The notes under the pieces were generated by a model, which saw only the letters and a program-made list of their open reading frames with translations, was not told where the DNA came from and searched no databases. DNA of 63,185 nt, the filler included, from Catajapyx aquilonaris (Eukaryota): NCBI GenBank assembly GCA_000934665.2. It is 2 parts of 2 records of this genome, joined end to end, with 100 filler letters (N's around TTAATTAATTAA, not from the genome) between each part and the next. Parts side by side here need not be neighbours in the genome. Positions count along the whole stretch, not along the records: positions 1 to 31,435 come from JYFJ02004535.1; 1 more part is not named here. One strand, 5' to 3'. The stretch's first letter is position 1. Each line of letters begins with the position of its first letter. Positions 1 through 11,528 of this stretch are shown in pieces. The translations under genes were made by a program, and so were the position numbers.

Positions 1-1743
1 GAAAGGAACCAGTTAACTGGTTCCTTTCATCCTGACGCGTGGCTGCCCGCTCGACGCTCAGGGACAATTCTTTTTGAACTGTTGATACAATACTGCTATG
101 CTTAGTTGTTTTTTTTTTAATTTCATGTGGTTCATTAAGACTTTACTAACAAAATGACAATTAGTTACAGAGGGTGTACTGCATCCCCTGACATTAAAAT
201 CCAATAAAGAACTTGAAATTTTCATTAGCACAATACATCTACAGAGAGCCCTTATGCAAGCGATTACCCTTTTCCATTGAGACAGTAATTACATATAAAC
301 GGCTCACCTTCAATCAGCTCAACTAAAACAACTAATAACCATGATTATACTACTAGTGCAAAAATAAGTAAAGTGAACATCATTGTAGTTACTTAGAATG
401 CTTAATTACTTCCATAATACATGATATTACCACAGCACTCTTCCCAATCTAAACAACTAAAGGCAACAACATGAACTGAATAAACAACTGTCACTATAAT
501 AAGAGCCCAAAATATGTATACAAAAAAATAAAGGTGGTTTTCACAGAACTTAATACAGTTAATGGGGCAACAATCACCTCGCTTAGTGCTTAATTGGCCC
601 CCTCACAACTCCAACCACCATCAAAATATAATGCAATCAATCCTGTAATACACCCCCCTCTAATCTGTACGTCTCCCTAAAACAATAGCCCCAACATATG
701 TATACAAAAAGAAACATCATTGGCGGTGGGTTCACCAAACTTGATCGGCGGGAAACTCCTTTCAATGAGCCCCCTCCCATTCCGTCCACTATCATCAGCA
801 GGCTGTCCATCATCACCGCCTCTAGTGCTGCCTGGACTGCACTTCCTAATGTGCAGAAGTGCCACCTTTGGCACTAGTGCGCTGCTTCCTTCCGTGGTAA
901 ATTTTTCCTGAAATATTTCTAGATGATCTGTATTAGTCTTACACCTAACTTACAAGCTACTGATTTTGCCCCAATCTGATTTCCTTCTGCCCAACACTAC
1001 TGTACTTTCCTTTTCTTGGCCTAAGGCAAAATAGAGATGACTGGCCCTACCTAAAATATTGTACTGTGATCATCAATATTATTTTCTATTGCCACCTACT
1101 TAATAATGACTTAATTAATAAATTAATTAATAAACTTAATAAGGACTGATTAAGGATTAATTGGGATTAAGGATCAAGGTTAGGATTGGGACCTTGGGAG
1201 TAAGATTAGTGTTGGATGTCCACAGGGTTCTCCATTGTGGAGGGGGTTGGGGCACTCTAAACCAAGGCGAGAATGACTGATCAAAGACAACATTTATTCA
1301 ACAGGTAACAAAAGGATATTATGTTATACCCTGTGAGACACTAAATTGCAAATAGACTGACCAAGCTTGCCATGGCCAGACATGGCCAGGATCTACACTG
1401 GAAACACGCTCAACATAGTTACACCCTCCATACCAACACTCTGGTCCAATTCTGCCACTGTGACTCTCCGGACTGCCTTACTGCTACTTACTGGACTAGC
1501 TAGCTTTGTCTTTGGCTCCCTTTTATTCCGTGTCCCAAGGTCTCTTATCATTCTGGCTTGTTTACGGTTTAGGGACCAAAGATAGTATTACTCTTAATTT
1601 CTGTTTTCACTTTCTGCTTTCTAGGGAGTTCAGGGCCATAGGGCCTTCCATTACCATCACATAGCAGTGGGCCATGGCCTGCATCACATGAAAACCTCTG
1701 GTGTGCTGCAAATATTAAAAGAGATCCATTTATTTACTTTCAG

Positions 1744-4700
1744 ATGCCAACAAAAGGGGCACAAATAGTATACTGCACTTCAAGAATCATAAGACGAAGA
1801 CCACTGATATCTGCTAGCTTGATCATTGGAACATACTCTGTCTTCCTGCTTTTGCTCTTGCAAATATTTTCTTTCATGCCATCTGAATTTACACAGAGAA
1901 GAGTACAGCCAACCTCCACTTTTTCACCTGCTCATATTGACAAACCTCACACCAAAAGCAGGACACCAGTGGCTGACATTATGAACATGTATCACCCAGA
2001 TCGTTATGAAATTCTGATAAATGAAGAGAAATTGTGCATGCAAGATAAGAAAACATTTATGTTGATCTGTGTAATGTCATCACTGGGTAATTTTGACCGA
2101 AGAGATGCCATCCGCCAGACTTGGGCCAGTCATGATCATGTGGCAAGTTACAAGGTACAGTTTAAAATATGCACAATCATAAACATAATTGCTAGAATAT
2201 GACTTTTCAGTCCATTCCTAACTTTACACCAAATTCTAGATGAAAATTACTTTCTTGCAGGTGAAAGTTATCTTCCTTCTGGGTACTACATCTAACAGTT
2301 TATCACACCAAATGCAAGTCCTGGAGGAGAGCAGAAGATACAAAGACATTATTCAAGCAAATTTTATGGACACATACTATAACTTGACTCTGAAGACAAT
2401 AACTGCTCTTCGATGGACATCTCAATACTGCCCTCAAGCTCAATATTTGCTTAAGACAGATGATGACATATTCATTAATGTACCTGATCTCGTGACCTAC
2501 TTGGAAAAGCATGGAAAGCCTCGCACAATACTTGGTAACTGTTCCAGATCAATTCTATCAAACCTACATAACTGACATTATACTCTCATCACTTTTTTCA
2601 ATAGACATTTCCTTTTTTCGTCACCAATACTACCCTGGCACACAAAACTCAAAAAATGTAGTGTACTTGTACCTGCACTGTATGTACTACATGAAGAAAC
2701 CTGATTCTCCCTTTCAAGTTTCAACCTTAGGCTTATCAAAATTAATTCCCATACCCCTCTTCTCTGAGACACTACTGACCATAAGATGCTCACCTGTAAA
2801 TCCACCTCACTCTGTCAAAAGGGCAGCATGATCTTCATTTTACATATTACAGTATAATTATGATGATTACAGATGACTTACCTTATAAACAAATGGAACA
2901 TCTACTACATCAATACCAGCTTTGCACACATAAGCATCCTTGCACAATTTAAATAACCAAAAAGAAAATCCAGTACCGGTATTCCTTGACATGCAATGCT
3001 AAACCATTCAGACAAACCTCCACTAGTTCTTATGGGTCATCCATAAAGTACATCAGGCTGGTATGAGAAAGGGCAGGGTTGATGCCAGCATAATAGACTG
3101 TGATGTGGGTATAATGGAAGTTTCAGTCACATGTGATGTCGTGATATTAAGGCATATTAAAACAAAGACTGTACTTGATGCCCAAAAATTCGATATTTGT
3201 GGGAGCAAAAAACCTAAGCTTTGGTGGTTCATAGCAGTGTGAAAACACCTAGGAGGCAGGGGACCAGATATCCATGATGTGGGAGGCAGGAGCATTTAAA
3301 AAAAATCAGGGTGGACCTCTTCTAAAAGTTATAGGGTGGAATTTTCGTCCCACTGATAGCTACTGCTAACTTAGCAGTACCAGTGTTGGCCATGGCAGTG
3401 ATAAGTTAGCAGTAACTATCAGTGGGACGAAAATTCCACCCATACTTCCTGCATTTTATAATGATGAAGCTGCTTCCAGCAGACATCCCTACACTCCAAG
3501 CCTCCAGAGAGAAAAAAACTATAATAATAATCCTGTCCTATTCACTGCAACATATGGGGTTTCACTAAATCTGTGGTTCCATATCCCATTGTGACCAAAA
3601 TTAGGGTAGTGTGCATGTTTTTATTGGTCTTGGGGAAAAGTAATGGGTGGAGTACTACTAGTTACTGCTAACTTAGCAGTACCATTGCATTACACTGGTA
3701 CTGCTAAGTTAAAAGTAACTAGTAGTATGACGAAAATTCCACCCAATGTTTCTAGCAAAAGAGCATCTTACATGCCTGTTATTCACAAACACTTGAGCTG
3801 GTATCAGATTTTTATAAAACAACTGTTGAAAACATTTTTTAGTGTGCCCAGCCCCCAATCACTCCCCCCCTTTTTGCGTGAGCTTAGCTGATCTCCCCAA
3901 CTGAGGGGGGTTTGCCATGGGTGGTGCCAGGATCACTAACCAAACCGGCAAATTCTGAACCATTTCGGTCGACTCCGATTGGCTGAAGTAGTACAGGAGG
4001 CCTTTCAGACTCTAGCCAATCGGAGTCGACCAAAATAGTTCAGAATTTCGGGCTAGTGGTGGTGCCACCTATCTTGGTTCGTGGCAAACCCCCCTCGGTG
4101 GGGGGAGATCAGCTAATCTCACAGGGGAAGCAATGTATAAGATATATGAGTGACTGGGGGCTGAGTGTGCCCATTCATTCCGCTTTATCATGCAAATATT
4201 ACACTAGACATGAAATATGGCCAACAAAAGTACTGGCTGCAATTACATCTTAACCAAAATTCCATCTGTAATCTGTCAAAAAAGTTTAAGCCAACTGTAC
4301 TCTACCAGTGAAAAAACTAAGACAATGTATTTTTTAAAAACAAAAACATATTGAAGATGGTTGTACGGCACCAGTTATGTTTGGCCAAAACTTTTTTGAT
4401 GAATAGTGCCATAGCCACAACACATGAAAAATATGACAACCTCAGAAAAAAAAATGCTACCCTCCCACCTCAACAACTGGGCAGAAGGGAAATCTTTAAA
4501 AACTGTTACACCCCAATGTGAAAATATACAATATATTGTTTCTAACTCAGGTTGCATCAAGCAGATTGCTGCTCCCCAGCCAATTTGGAATGTCCCAGCT
4601 ATATTCCCACCTACACATCCATTGTTTGTGGCTGGAGCTGGATATGTCATCTCCAGTGACTTGATCCAATCACTGCACAAGGCATCACACCAGTTGCCCC

Positions 4701-4903
4701 TCTTCCCCATTGAGGATGTGTTCATCACAGCACACTGTGCCCAAGCAATTGGTGCTCATCCACCATTACATCACCACAGTTTCACTTGCGGTGAAGCAGT
4801 CAAACCTTGTCATATGAAGCATAGATTCACGGCACATCGAGTGTCACCTGCCATGCAGTACCAAATGTGGAATGTACTTTCTAATCCAACCAACCAATGC
4901 TAA
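1744..4903 (+). CDS. Beta-1,3-galactosyltransferase-like protein (GT31 / Galactosyl_T family), 3 coding exons: 1744-2154, 2261-2534, 4551-4903; 345 aa
   Basis: Exons splice in frame via GT-AG introns (caag|gtacag...ttgcag|gtg; cttg|gtaact...actcag|gttgc), total 1038 nt. The protein has an N-terminal type II TM segment (LISASLIIGTYSVFLLLLQIFSF) and GT31 motifs RRDAIRQTW, FLLG, EESRRYKDII, DTYYNLTLKT, KTDDDIFIN (DxD), GAGY and IEDVFIT. The ATG directly follows a splice acceptor (tttcag|ATG), implying an upstream exon. Confidence 0.92.
3334..3441. mobile_element. Small palindromic MITE (TIR GGGTGGAATTTTCGTCCCACTG); further copies at ~3644-3745 and a half copy at ~20493-20542
   Basis: Near-perfect 108-bp hairpin; the same arms (tactgctaacttagcagtacc / gacgaaaattccaccc) recur three times in the window. 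Confidence 0.75.
3845..4165. mobile_element. Degenerate foldback/MITE in GT31 intron 2
   Basis: Inverted arms cagcccccaatcactc...ttagctgatctcccc...ggtcgactccgattggct versus agccaatcggagtcgacc...ggggagatcagctaa...gagtgactgggggctg. Confidence 0.65.
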
Positions 4904-4948
4904 GTGGGACATAAGTTAATAATAACAGCTCCATAAAATATACAATGT

Positions 4949-4954
4949 TTTATT
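4949..4954 (-). promoter_or_regulatory. Candidate polyadenylation signal (AATAAA) of RPE
   Basis: TTTATT on + strand, ~225 nt downstream of the RPE stop; the first canonical hexamer I could see. Confidence 0.5.
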
Positions 4955-5177
4955 GCATCAAATGATATCTGTAGCGATATATTATCACAGGTAATGGAAT
5001 GCATGATTTTGTATCGTATTTTCACCCATGGAGCGAAATGCCAGAAAAATCTAGGTTGAGTCTACCACTTTTAAGGACATGTCCAATATTGTTCCATTAG
5101 GAGTTCAGTAGTATTACATATGGTAGAGGCATTATCAATATTACCCAATAACAAGTGATTGCCGGGGGAAAAACTAC

Positions 5178-8100
5178 TCATTTGCTTTTTCCAATACATT
5201 GTTCTACTGCTTGCCTCATCTCTAACATAACTTGCTGAGGATCAGAAGCTCCAATGACAGCTGTACCTGATACAATCATGTTGGCACCAGCCTGGTGGCA
5301 AACAAAAGCAACACAATTAACAAAGTTATCTTTATTAACCAACAAAGTTATAGGCTGTCTGCTCCATAACTGTAGCAAGATTTGGGCCATGGTAACTCAC
5401 TGTTATAACCAATGAGTTCTGCTATAATATATACCTAGAGAGATGACTCCCTATCCTTTCCCCTTTCCCCAGCTGAGGCAGGCTGCCATCTTTACTTGGG
5501 TCAAGTTTGATTGTTGACACTGTTTACTTCTTTTGCCATGCAATGGAATCTCCATGGAAATGTGAAAGGACAACTGGGACAACAGTTATTAAGTCCAATA
5601 ATGTCAGGATACATGACCCAAGTACAGATGCCGGGTGCCTGCCTCACATTTCACCTCAAGTCGTCTCTCTAGATATACAGGGTGTATCATCACGGGTCAA
5701 GCGGGCGCGAGGGGGTGGGGAAAAATCGTAGGTGGCGACTACCCCCGGTCGGTTTTATAAAACAATTAGAAATACGGCAGTAATCAATTTATTTATTACG
5801 GTCTAAGGCGTGACGTCACTTCCTTTCTGTATTTGAATTGACCCTCGCGGACTGGCAAATGCAAGGCAAATGCTTTCTGTTGAACCTGGTCGAACAGGTT
5901 TTTAGCCTTGCGGGTTGCACTGAAAAAGGCGCTCTCATGCTACACCGGCAGGGTACTGAACACACCACTGTACAGTAGTACACTACGTTGCACAGTACCC
6001 TGCCGGTGTAGCATGAGAGCGCCTTTTTCAGTGCAACCAGCAAGGCTAAAACCAGGTTCAACAGAAAGCATTTGCCTTGCATTTGCCAGTCCGCGGGGGT
6101 CAATTCGAATACAGAAAGGATGTGACGTCACACCGTAGACCGTAATAAATAAATTGATTACTGCCGTATTTTTACTCGTAATTGTTTTATAAAACCGACC
6201 GGGGTTGTCGCCACCTACGATTTTTCCCCACCCCCTTGCGCGCGCTTGACTCGTGACTCTGATACACCCTGTATATTATAGCAGAACTCTGGTTATAACC
6301 ATTCAAGAAGAGGGTTGCAATAAGTCACCATGGTAACAGCCAAACTTACACTGCAATCTTGGAATAGACAGTCAATAGGTTACCTACCTCTGCACATTCA
6401 TGAATAGTCTTGGTACTCACTCCACCATCAACCTCTATGTCCAGGTCAGGGTAATGTTCTCGTAAGTATCTGACCTTAGGCATCATGTCACTCATGAATG
6501 CCTGCCCACCAAATCCAGGCTCAACAGTCATGATGAGCACCATATCGGCTAGTGAAATGTATGGAAGCACAGTTTCAACTGCAGTACCTGGTTTTAAACC
6601 AATCCCTACCTGAAGAGAAATTAAAATTATAAGTAAAATATGCTACTAGAATGTACAAAAACTCACTTTCATTCCTGCTTCCTTAATTTGGCGGCATACA
6701 CTGGGCACATCATTGGTTGCTTCAACATGAAATGTGTATTGGTCAGCTCCAGCATCAGCTACAGGCTCAATCCACTAAAACAAAAAGAAAAATTCACTTA
6801 ACAAGTTAGTGGTACAAGGTACAGACATAACTTTATTCAACTGGCAACATCATTTTAAAATATCCCTAGCGGGGGCGGCATGGTGGTCTAGCGGTTATGC
6901 TGCTGGCCAGCCAAGCGGGAGGCCGGGGTTCAAATCCTGTCCCCATCACCTCTGCTTGGCTGGGTCTTTTTCCACTTTTCACCCGAAATGCCGGAGCAGA
7001 ATTGCACTCCCTACTCTGCCCGGGGCCAGCAGAAAAGGTCTGGTGTATTTCACAAAGTCAGAAATTACTAAAAATTACAGCGCCCTCCCTTGGGAACCTC
7101 CCCTTCCCCCCTAAGAGGGCCATGACCCACGAGCTCTATCACGGGGCAAAAAAAACAAAAAACAAAAAAAAACCCTAGCGTCACAAATTAAAACAAATAG
7201 TATTATAAAGTCCCAAAGTACAGTAAAAATGCTTATCCTAATAGCTTATCAACCTCACTTAATCAGTGCAAAAACAAATAATATTGTGATAATTTATTTT
7301 CCTACAAGCCATTTTCTTCGACTGTTGCAAACTCTTCAGTGAATGGTAATACTCTGCCATGTTAATACACAATATCTTTAGCATGTTACAAAATAAACAG
7401 GCCTTTAAGGCCCCCCCAGCTTTAAGGGGGTGTGGGTGTGGATGGAACAGGGAGAGGGGTTGAGCTGAAGGGAGAGACGACTGTGTGTTGTTTACTTGTC
7501 GGAAGTCAGATTGCTACTGAGGCGTTCCAGCACCCATTGCGCATGCATTTAAAGCGGGCCAATCGGAAGGTGGCGGTAACAACAATAGGCAGCGGACCAA
7601 TCAGAGGGCTTATACAAACACCTCAAGGATTTTAATATTATAGATATCTGCTTTTACTGCTAAACATATTTCAAAAAAATATTACAGGAGTTAAAACTTC
7701 TTAAAATTTTTTAAATGCATCACAAATGTGTGTAAAAAGCACAAGTGTCAGATTGATACTGCACCTCCTCATGAAGTCCTGCACTTGCTTTACTAAGTCA
7801 GTAGTTCTAAGTTACGTTCAGACAGACATTGTTGGCCTTGTCTTTCTGAGATGTTGCAGTTGGGATAGATCAGTTATCATGAGCCATTTCTGTGCTTGTC
7901 TTTGCATGGACTGTGCTGATCAGCAGACACCAACAACAAAAATTCAAACAGAGAAAATTTTGTCCATGGATGCGAATTCTCTATAGGCAACATTATGGAC
8001 TTGTGAATTTATAGTTTGCAACCTGACAACTGGATCATAGAAGTGCTTTAGGCTATTTTCACACGAGACCACCATGGCAGCACTGCTGCGCCACATAAAT

Positions 8101-10762
8101 TAGGCGGCAAAGTTCTGGCGGCGTGTTGCAAATTTGTTCGCCACCACGGATGCGCTGCCAGCTGAGCTATAGTCTCAAAATGCGGGTCTGGCCGCAAGAA
8201 AAGTACCGTCTCGTGTGAAAGGCTTCATATGATTCAATGCAAACACATGGCAGTGCAGCCAGTTGGTGGCAGCTGGCAGTGCCGAAAATCGCCCTGCCCG
8301 CCACCAGCATTTCTGGCAGCGCATGAGCAGCGCTGCCAACCACCATGTGTGAAAGGCTCCACTTGCAGCAATGCAAAGACCTGGCAGCGCTGCCATGGTG
8401 GCCCCGTGTGAAAGAGGCCTTAAGGAGGGTTTGATTGGTGGATGTATCATTTACATCCTTGATAATAATAAGTTAATCACGTTATCTGAGTAAGGCATGA
8501 CACAAATTCAGTTCAGATGCAGTTTATTACAGTGTGTTCCACACAATGTCGAACACACTGTAAGAAACTCCACCTGAACTGAACTTGTGGAACCCCTCAA
8601 AATTATTAGACATTAGTTCAGATCCAGGGACTGTCCAACTCAGTCCAACTGTACAAGAATGGTCTGTGTGATTAGCTATCCAATGATGGAATATGACCTC
8701 GTGAGAGGTCACCACTACTTCCAGAACCTAATACATGCTCAATACACATACACTTTACTCCCGATTGTCTGGGTGCAAATTATTATCCATGTTGCAAAGT
8801 ATCCATGCATTGCCAAAAAAAATATATAATAGGCCTAAATAAAAGTCCGAAAAATATGCCAATATGTCTCACCAACGAAGAAATATAACAGACTTTTTCT
8901 AGAAGACAAATTGAAAATCTATGGAAAGTTTTATTTCGATTAAACCTTAGTTAAAGCATCATACAGTATGTACAGTTTATTTAAAACCTCTGAATAGCTC
9001 ATTTTTAGGACCATTTTTGGATTATTTGTGTTTTCCAATTATCCAGTGACACCAGTACATTCATTACCCAAGATAATCGGGAGTACAGTGTATCTGCAAC
9101 CCTAAATAGATCTTTGTAATTCTACACAACATCACCAGGAGCCACACTATAACTCCAGACTTCTCAATCATCTTCAGACTGCATCATGGGTTACAAACAT
9201 TAACCCTTAACTACGTAGGTGGGTGAAACATCTTTAACTACGTAGGTGGAGCCTGAGAGGCTCCAACCGTATATTTAAATTTCTGCTTATCAACTAAATT
9301 GTTATATTGGACTTTTCACATACAGAAAGTGCAGTTCAGATCATTAGGCTTCCGATAACGTAAAAATCACACGCTGAGTCAGCATATTCCGACAGGGAAA
9401 AATTCTTAATTAAAAGGTTACATCATGCTTGAGCCGCTCAGTCTTCACCTGCATAGGTAGAGCCAGTATAGAGTCCAGGAGGGACCTGTTCCTCGTTACG
9501 AATTTTTTAAAACCAAACAATAGGGACTAAAAAAATTTTTCTTTCCTTTTCATGCTTAGGAAGGTTTGTCTGACAAAGTCACGGAAGGACAGGGGAAAAT
9601 AAAATTCGATGAAAAAGTTACATGCGTTTAAATAGTGCTTGGAGCCTCTCAGGCTCCACCTACGTAGTTAAGGGTTAACTTGGTCTCTTCAATGCTACTA
9701 AACCTGTATTGGCCTGGAGTCGGGATGGAGTAACAAATTGGTAGGAAACTGGGTAGAGAATGGGACAGAACTTAGCCCTGTCTGGGATGATGCCAGGTCC
9801 TGAGTTACAGTGCAGTTATTGTAAATAAGTTTTTTTGTTGTTCCATCCATGAACTTCGTGCTTGGCTGCTCAATAACTTAATCACTCTGCCACCATGTCC
9901 CCCTACTGCCATTCAAAATTTAAAACATTTCTTTATCCTGGTAAGATGGCACACCACATGATAATAATGACAAGGTAATGCTACACATTATTACTAAATT
10001 ATGATGCTACAAATGGGGACCGAGGGGTAAGTCGCTAAATGGTTTAGTGTACAATTAATTGACTTTGGATGTAGACGTTGAACCAGACATCTCACTGGCT
10101 TCCACCTCAGTCAGGTAAGCAAGTTCAGTCTGACTATGCCTGAACTTCCGCTGAAGTAGGGGCGTAACTACCATAGGGGCAACCCAAGCAAAGGGGTCCC
10201 CGAATTTTCCGACGAGTTTTAGAAAAATTTCAGGAAACCCACAAATCCATAATCCGCATACCTTTTTGCACCAGGGCCCCCAAGAGTCTTGTTACGCCCC
10301 TGCCCTGAAGTGTACCACAGGCTTACAACGTGGCTTACCCCTCTACAGAAACATTTAACTTTCTCTTTAAATAGTTCTTCCTTATCACGTGATGTTGTTA
10401 CGTCAAGGGTATCAAGATCAGACCCACAGGCTCCTCCCAGGATTAGGTCAAGGTCGCCATTTGCACCACTGGATCAAGAAAAGGTCATTAAAATGAAATT
10501 GGCTGGAAGAGGCATGGACTCATACTTGTTGCGGGTTGGCCACCATCATATGCATGTCAAAGAAGGCACTGGGCACTTTCCTTCTCAGGCACTTGACCAC
10601 TGGATGGCCAAACGTGAGATTAGGTACGAAGTGACCGTCCATCACGTCCAAGTGAAGGTAATCTGCCCCACTCCTTAGCATCCGTTCAGACTCCTGGTAA
10701 ATGTTAGCCAGATCAGCATTGAGAATGGACGGCCCAATCTTACAGGTCACACGCGAGGCCAT
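5178..10762 (-). CDS. RPE: Ribulose-phosphate 3-epimerase, 4 coding exons: 10762-10526, 6774-6667, 6609-6388, 5291-5178; 226 aa
   Basis: Four phase-0 GT-AG spliced exons give [12 protein letters not shown]...[17 protein letters not shown]...FDMHMMV...[18 protein letters not shown]...GLKPGT...[14 protein letters not shown]...IEVDGGV...[11 protein letters not shown], with all metal-binding His/Asp motifs of RPE. Confidence 0.97.
5434..5673. mobile_element. MITE with ~15-bp TIR (CTAGAGAGAYGACT), TA TSD
   Basis: ta|cctagagagatgact ... agtcgtctctctaga|ta. Confidence 0.6.
5678..6271. mobile_element. Tc1/mariner-type MITE (CAGGGTG termini, TA TSD), ~594-bp near-perfect palindrome
   Basis: ta|CAGGGTGTATCA ... 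TGATACACCCTG|ta; the arms are complementary along almost the whole length, which produces mirror ORFs on both strands. Confidence 0.88.
6871..7172 (+). mobile_element. tRNA-derived SINE in RPE intron 1
   Basis: A box TGGTCTAGCGG, B box GGTTCAAATCC, A-rich tail (7148-7172) and TSD CCCTAGC(G) at 6864 and 7173. Confidence 0.85.
7430..7644 (-). mobile_element. Putative non-autonomous Helitron 5' portion
   Basis: Minus strand begins a|TCTATAATATTAAAAT, typical of Helitron 5' ends; the body carries CCAAT x2, TGCGCATGC and CGGAAGT motifs. No 3' CTAG end identified. Confidence 0.4.
8051..8419. mobile_element. PIF/Harbinger-type MITE (TTA TSD)
   Basis: tta|GGCTATTTTCACACGAGACCACCATGGCAGC ... GCTGCCATGGTGGCCCCGTGTGAAAGAGGCC|tta, with internal GTGTGAAAGGCT repeats. 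Confidence 0.8.
8751..9090. mobile_element. TA-flanked MITE family with TIR CACTGTACTCCCGATTATCC (copy 1)
   Basis: ta|cactttactcccgattgtc ... gataatcgggagtacagtg|ta; homologous to 26649-27642 and 28952-29287. Confidence 0.8.
9204..9674. mobile_element. piggyBac-type MITE (TTAA TSD)
   Basis: ttaa|CCCTTAACTACGTAGGTGG ... CCACCTACGTAGTTAAGGG|ttaa, with subterminal GGAGCCTGAGAGGCTCC palindromes. Confidence 0.88.
10157..10302. mobile_element. hAT-type MITE (TIR YAGGGGCGTAAC, 8-bp TSD)
   Basis: cgctgaag|TAGGGGCGTAAC ... GTTACGCCCCTG|ccctgaag (TSD with one mismatch). Confidence 0.78.
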
Positions 10763-10779
10763 TCTTCACGTCCAAAGAG

Positions 10780-11000
10780 GTCACCCAATGCACTCCGCCT
10801 CTTCACTAAGGGACAGACTCACAAGGCAATGTGATCAGATGTAATGTTGCAATACTATCGGAGCAATAGCACGCCGATTTGCAATCAACCGGCGCGGCGC
10901 AGACAGTAAATAACCAAGACCACAAGTGTCACTGTTGAATCCGCCCAATCACAAGTAGTACCACTAGTCATCGCCAGATGTCAGCTATTGTGGTTTCCAG
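10780..11000 (-). promoter_or_regulatory. Probable RPE proximal promoter/5'UTR
   Basis: CpG-richer segment immediately upstream of the ATG with an overlapping GC-box/CCAAT (ccgcccaatc at 10941). Confidence 0.4.
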
Positions 11001-11021
11001 AATTTCACACGAATTCACGCC

Positions 11022-11126
11022 AGATTCCGGAACCCACACCGTTTGGCTCATGGTCGGTCGGTCGGTCATGCCGGTCGGCCGGTCGTGCAGCCGTGCGGCC
11101 GTGAAACAATAGTGTGGCTTCCGGAA
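11022..11126. mobile_element. ~105-bp mini-foldback (TIR ATTCCGGAACCCACAC); other copies at ~13015-13103 and ~22610-22715
   Basis: gattccggaacccacacc ... gtgtggcttccggaat; the internal ggtcggccggtcgtgcagccgtgcgg is shared among the three copies. Confidence 0.65.
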
Positions 11127-11182
11127 TATATTCCCCAGTGAAGCTGCCATGGCAGCCTTCATACTTTGATTTAACTCACGAG

Positions 11183-11528
11183 CAGTGCCGGATTTACCCC
11201 CTCGGCCGCCCCTAGGCAGTTGAGATCCGCCCCCCAATGCCGCTTCAAATTTCAATTTCTTTTGTCGAGTTCTCTCCTTCATTTCATTTTATTTTATACA
11301 GATTTTATATTCCAACTCTTTAAACTTATGGCCGCCCCCGGAGGGCGGCCGCCCTTAGGCTTATTTCCTGCCTATTATAGTGGCAAATCCGGCAATGGGA
11401 ACCCCCCGACGAAATTTGTGAAATTTTTTAATGATTTCGCCTTTATTTCTTATTTTGTGGCCTATTTGAAAAATATTTATTGCAACTGGCAGCCGCCCCT
11501 AGGCAATTTCCAACTCTGCCCAGTGCTG
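11183..11528. mobile_element. hAT-like MITE (CAGTGCCGGATTT termini); partial inverted copy at 23458-23620
   Basis: cagtgccggattt ... aaatccggcaatg, with GCCGCCCCTAGGC subterminal repeats; 11380-11528 matches the reverse complement of 23458-23620. Confidence 0.65.

Noticed and set aside
1..28. Perfect 28-bp palindrome at the window start
   Set aside because: Probably part of a foldback element truncated by the window edge; cannot be interpreted.
1367..1585. Hydrophobic ORF as an upstream coding exon of the GT31 gene
   Set aside because: The GT31 exon at 1744 already supplies an ATG and TM anchor, and I could not establish an in-frame splice.
6871..6945. tRNA gene
   Set aside because: Has A/B boxes but continues into a body, A-rich tail and TSD, so it is a SINE head; the same applies at 33840-33916 and 22065-22141.
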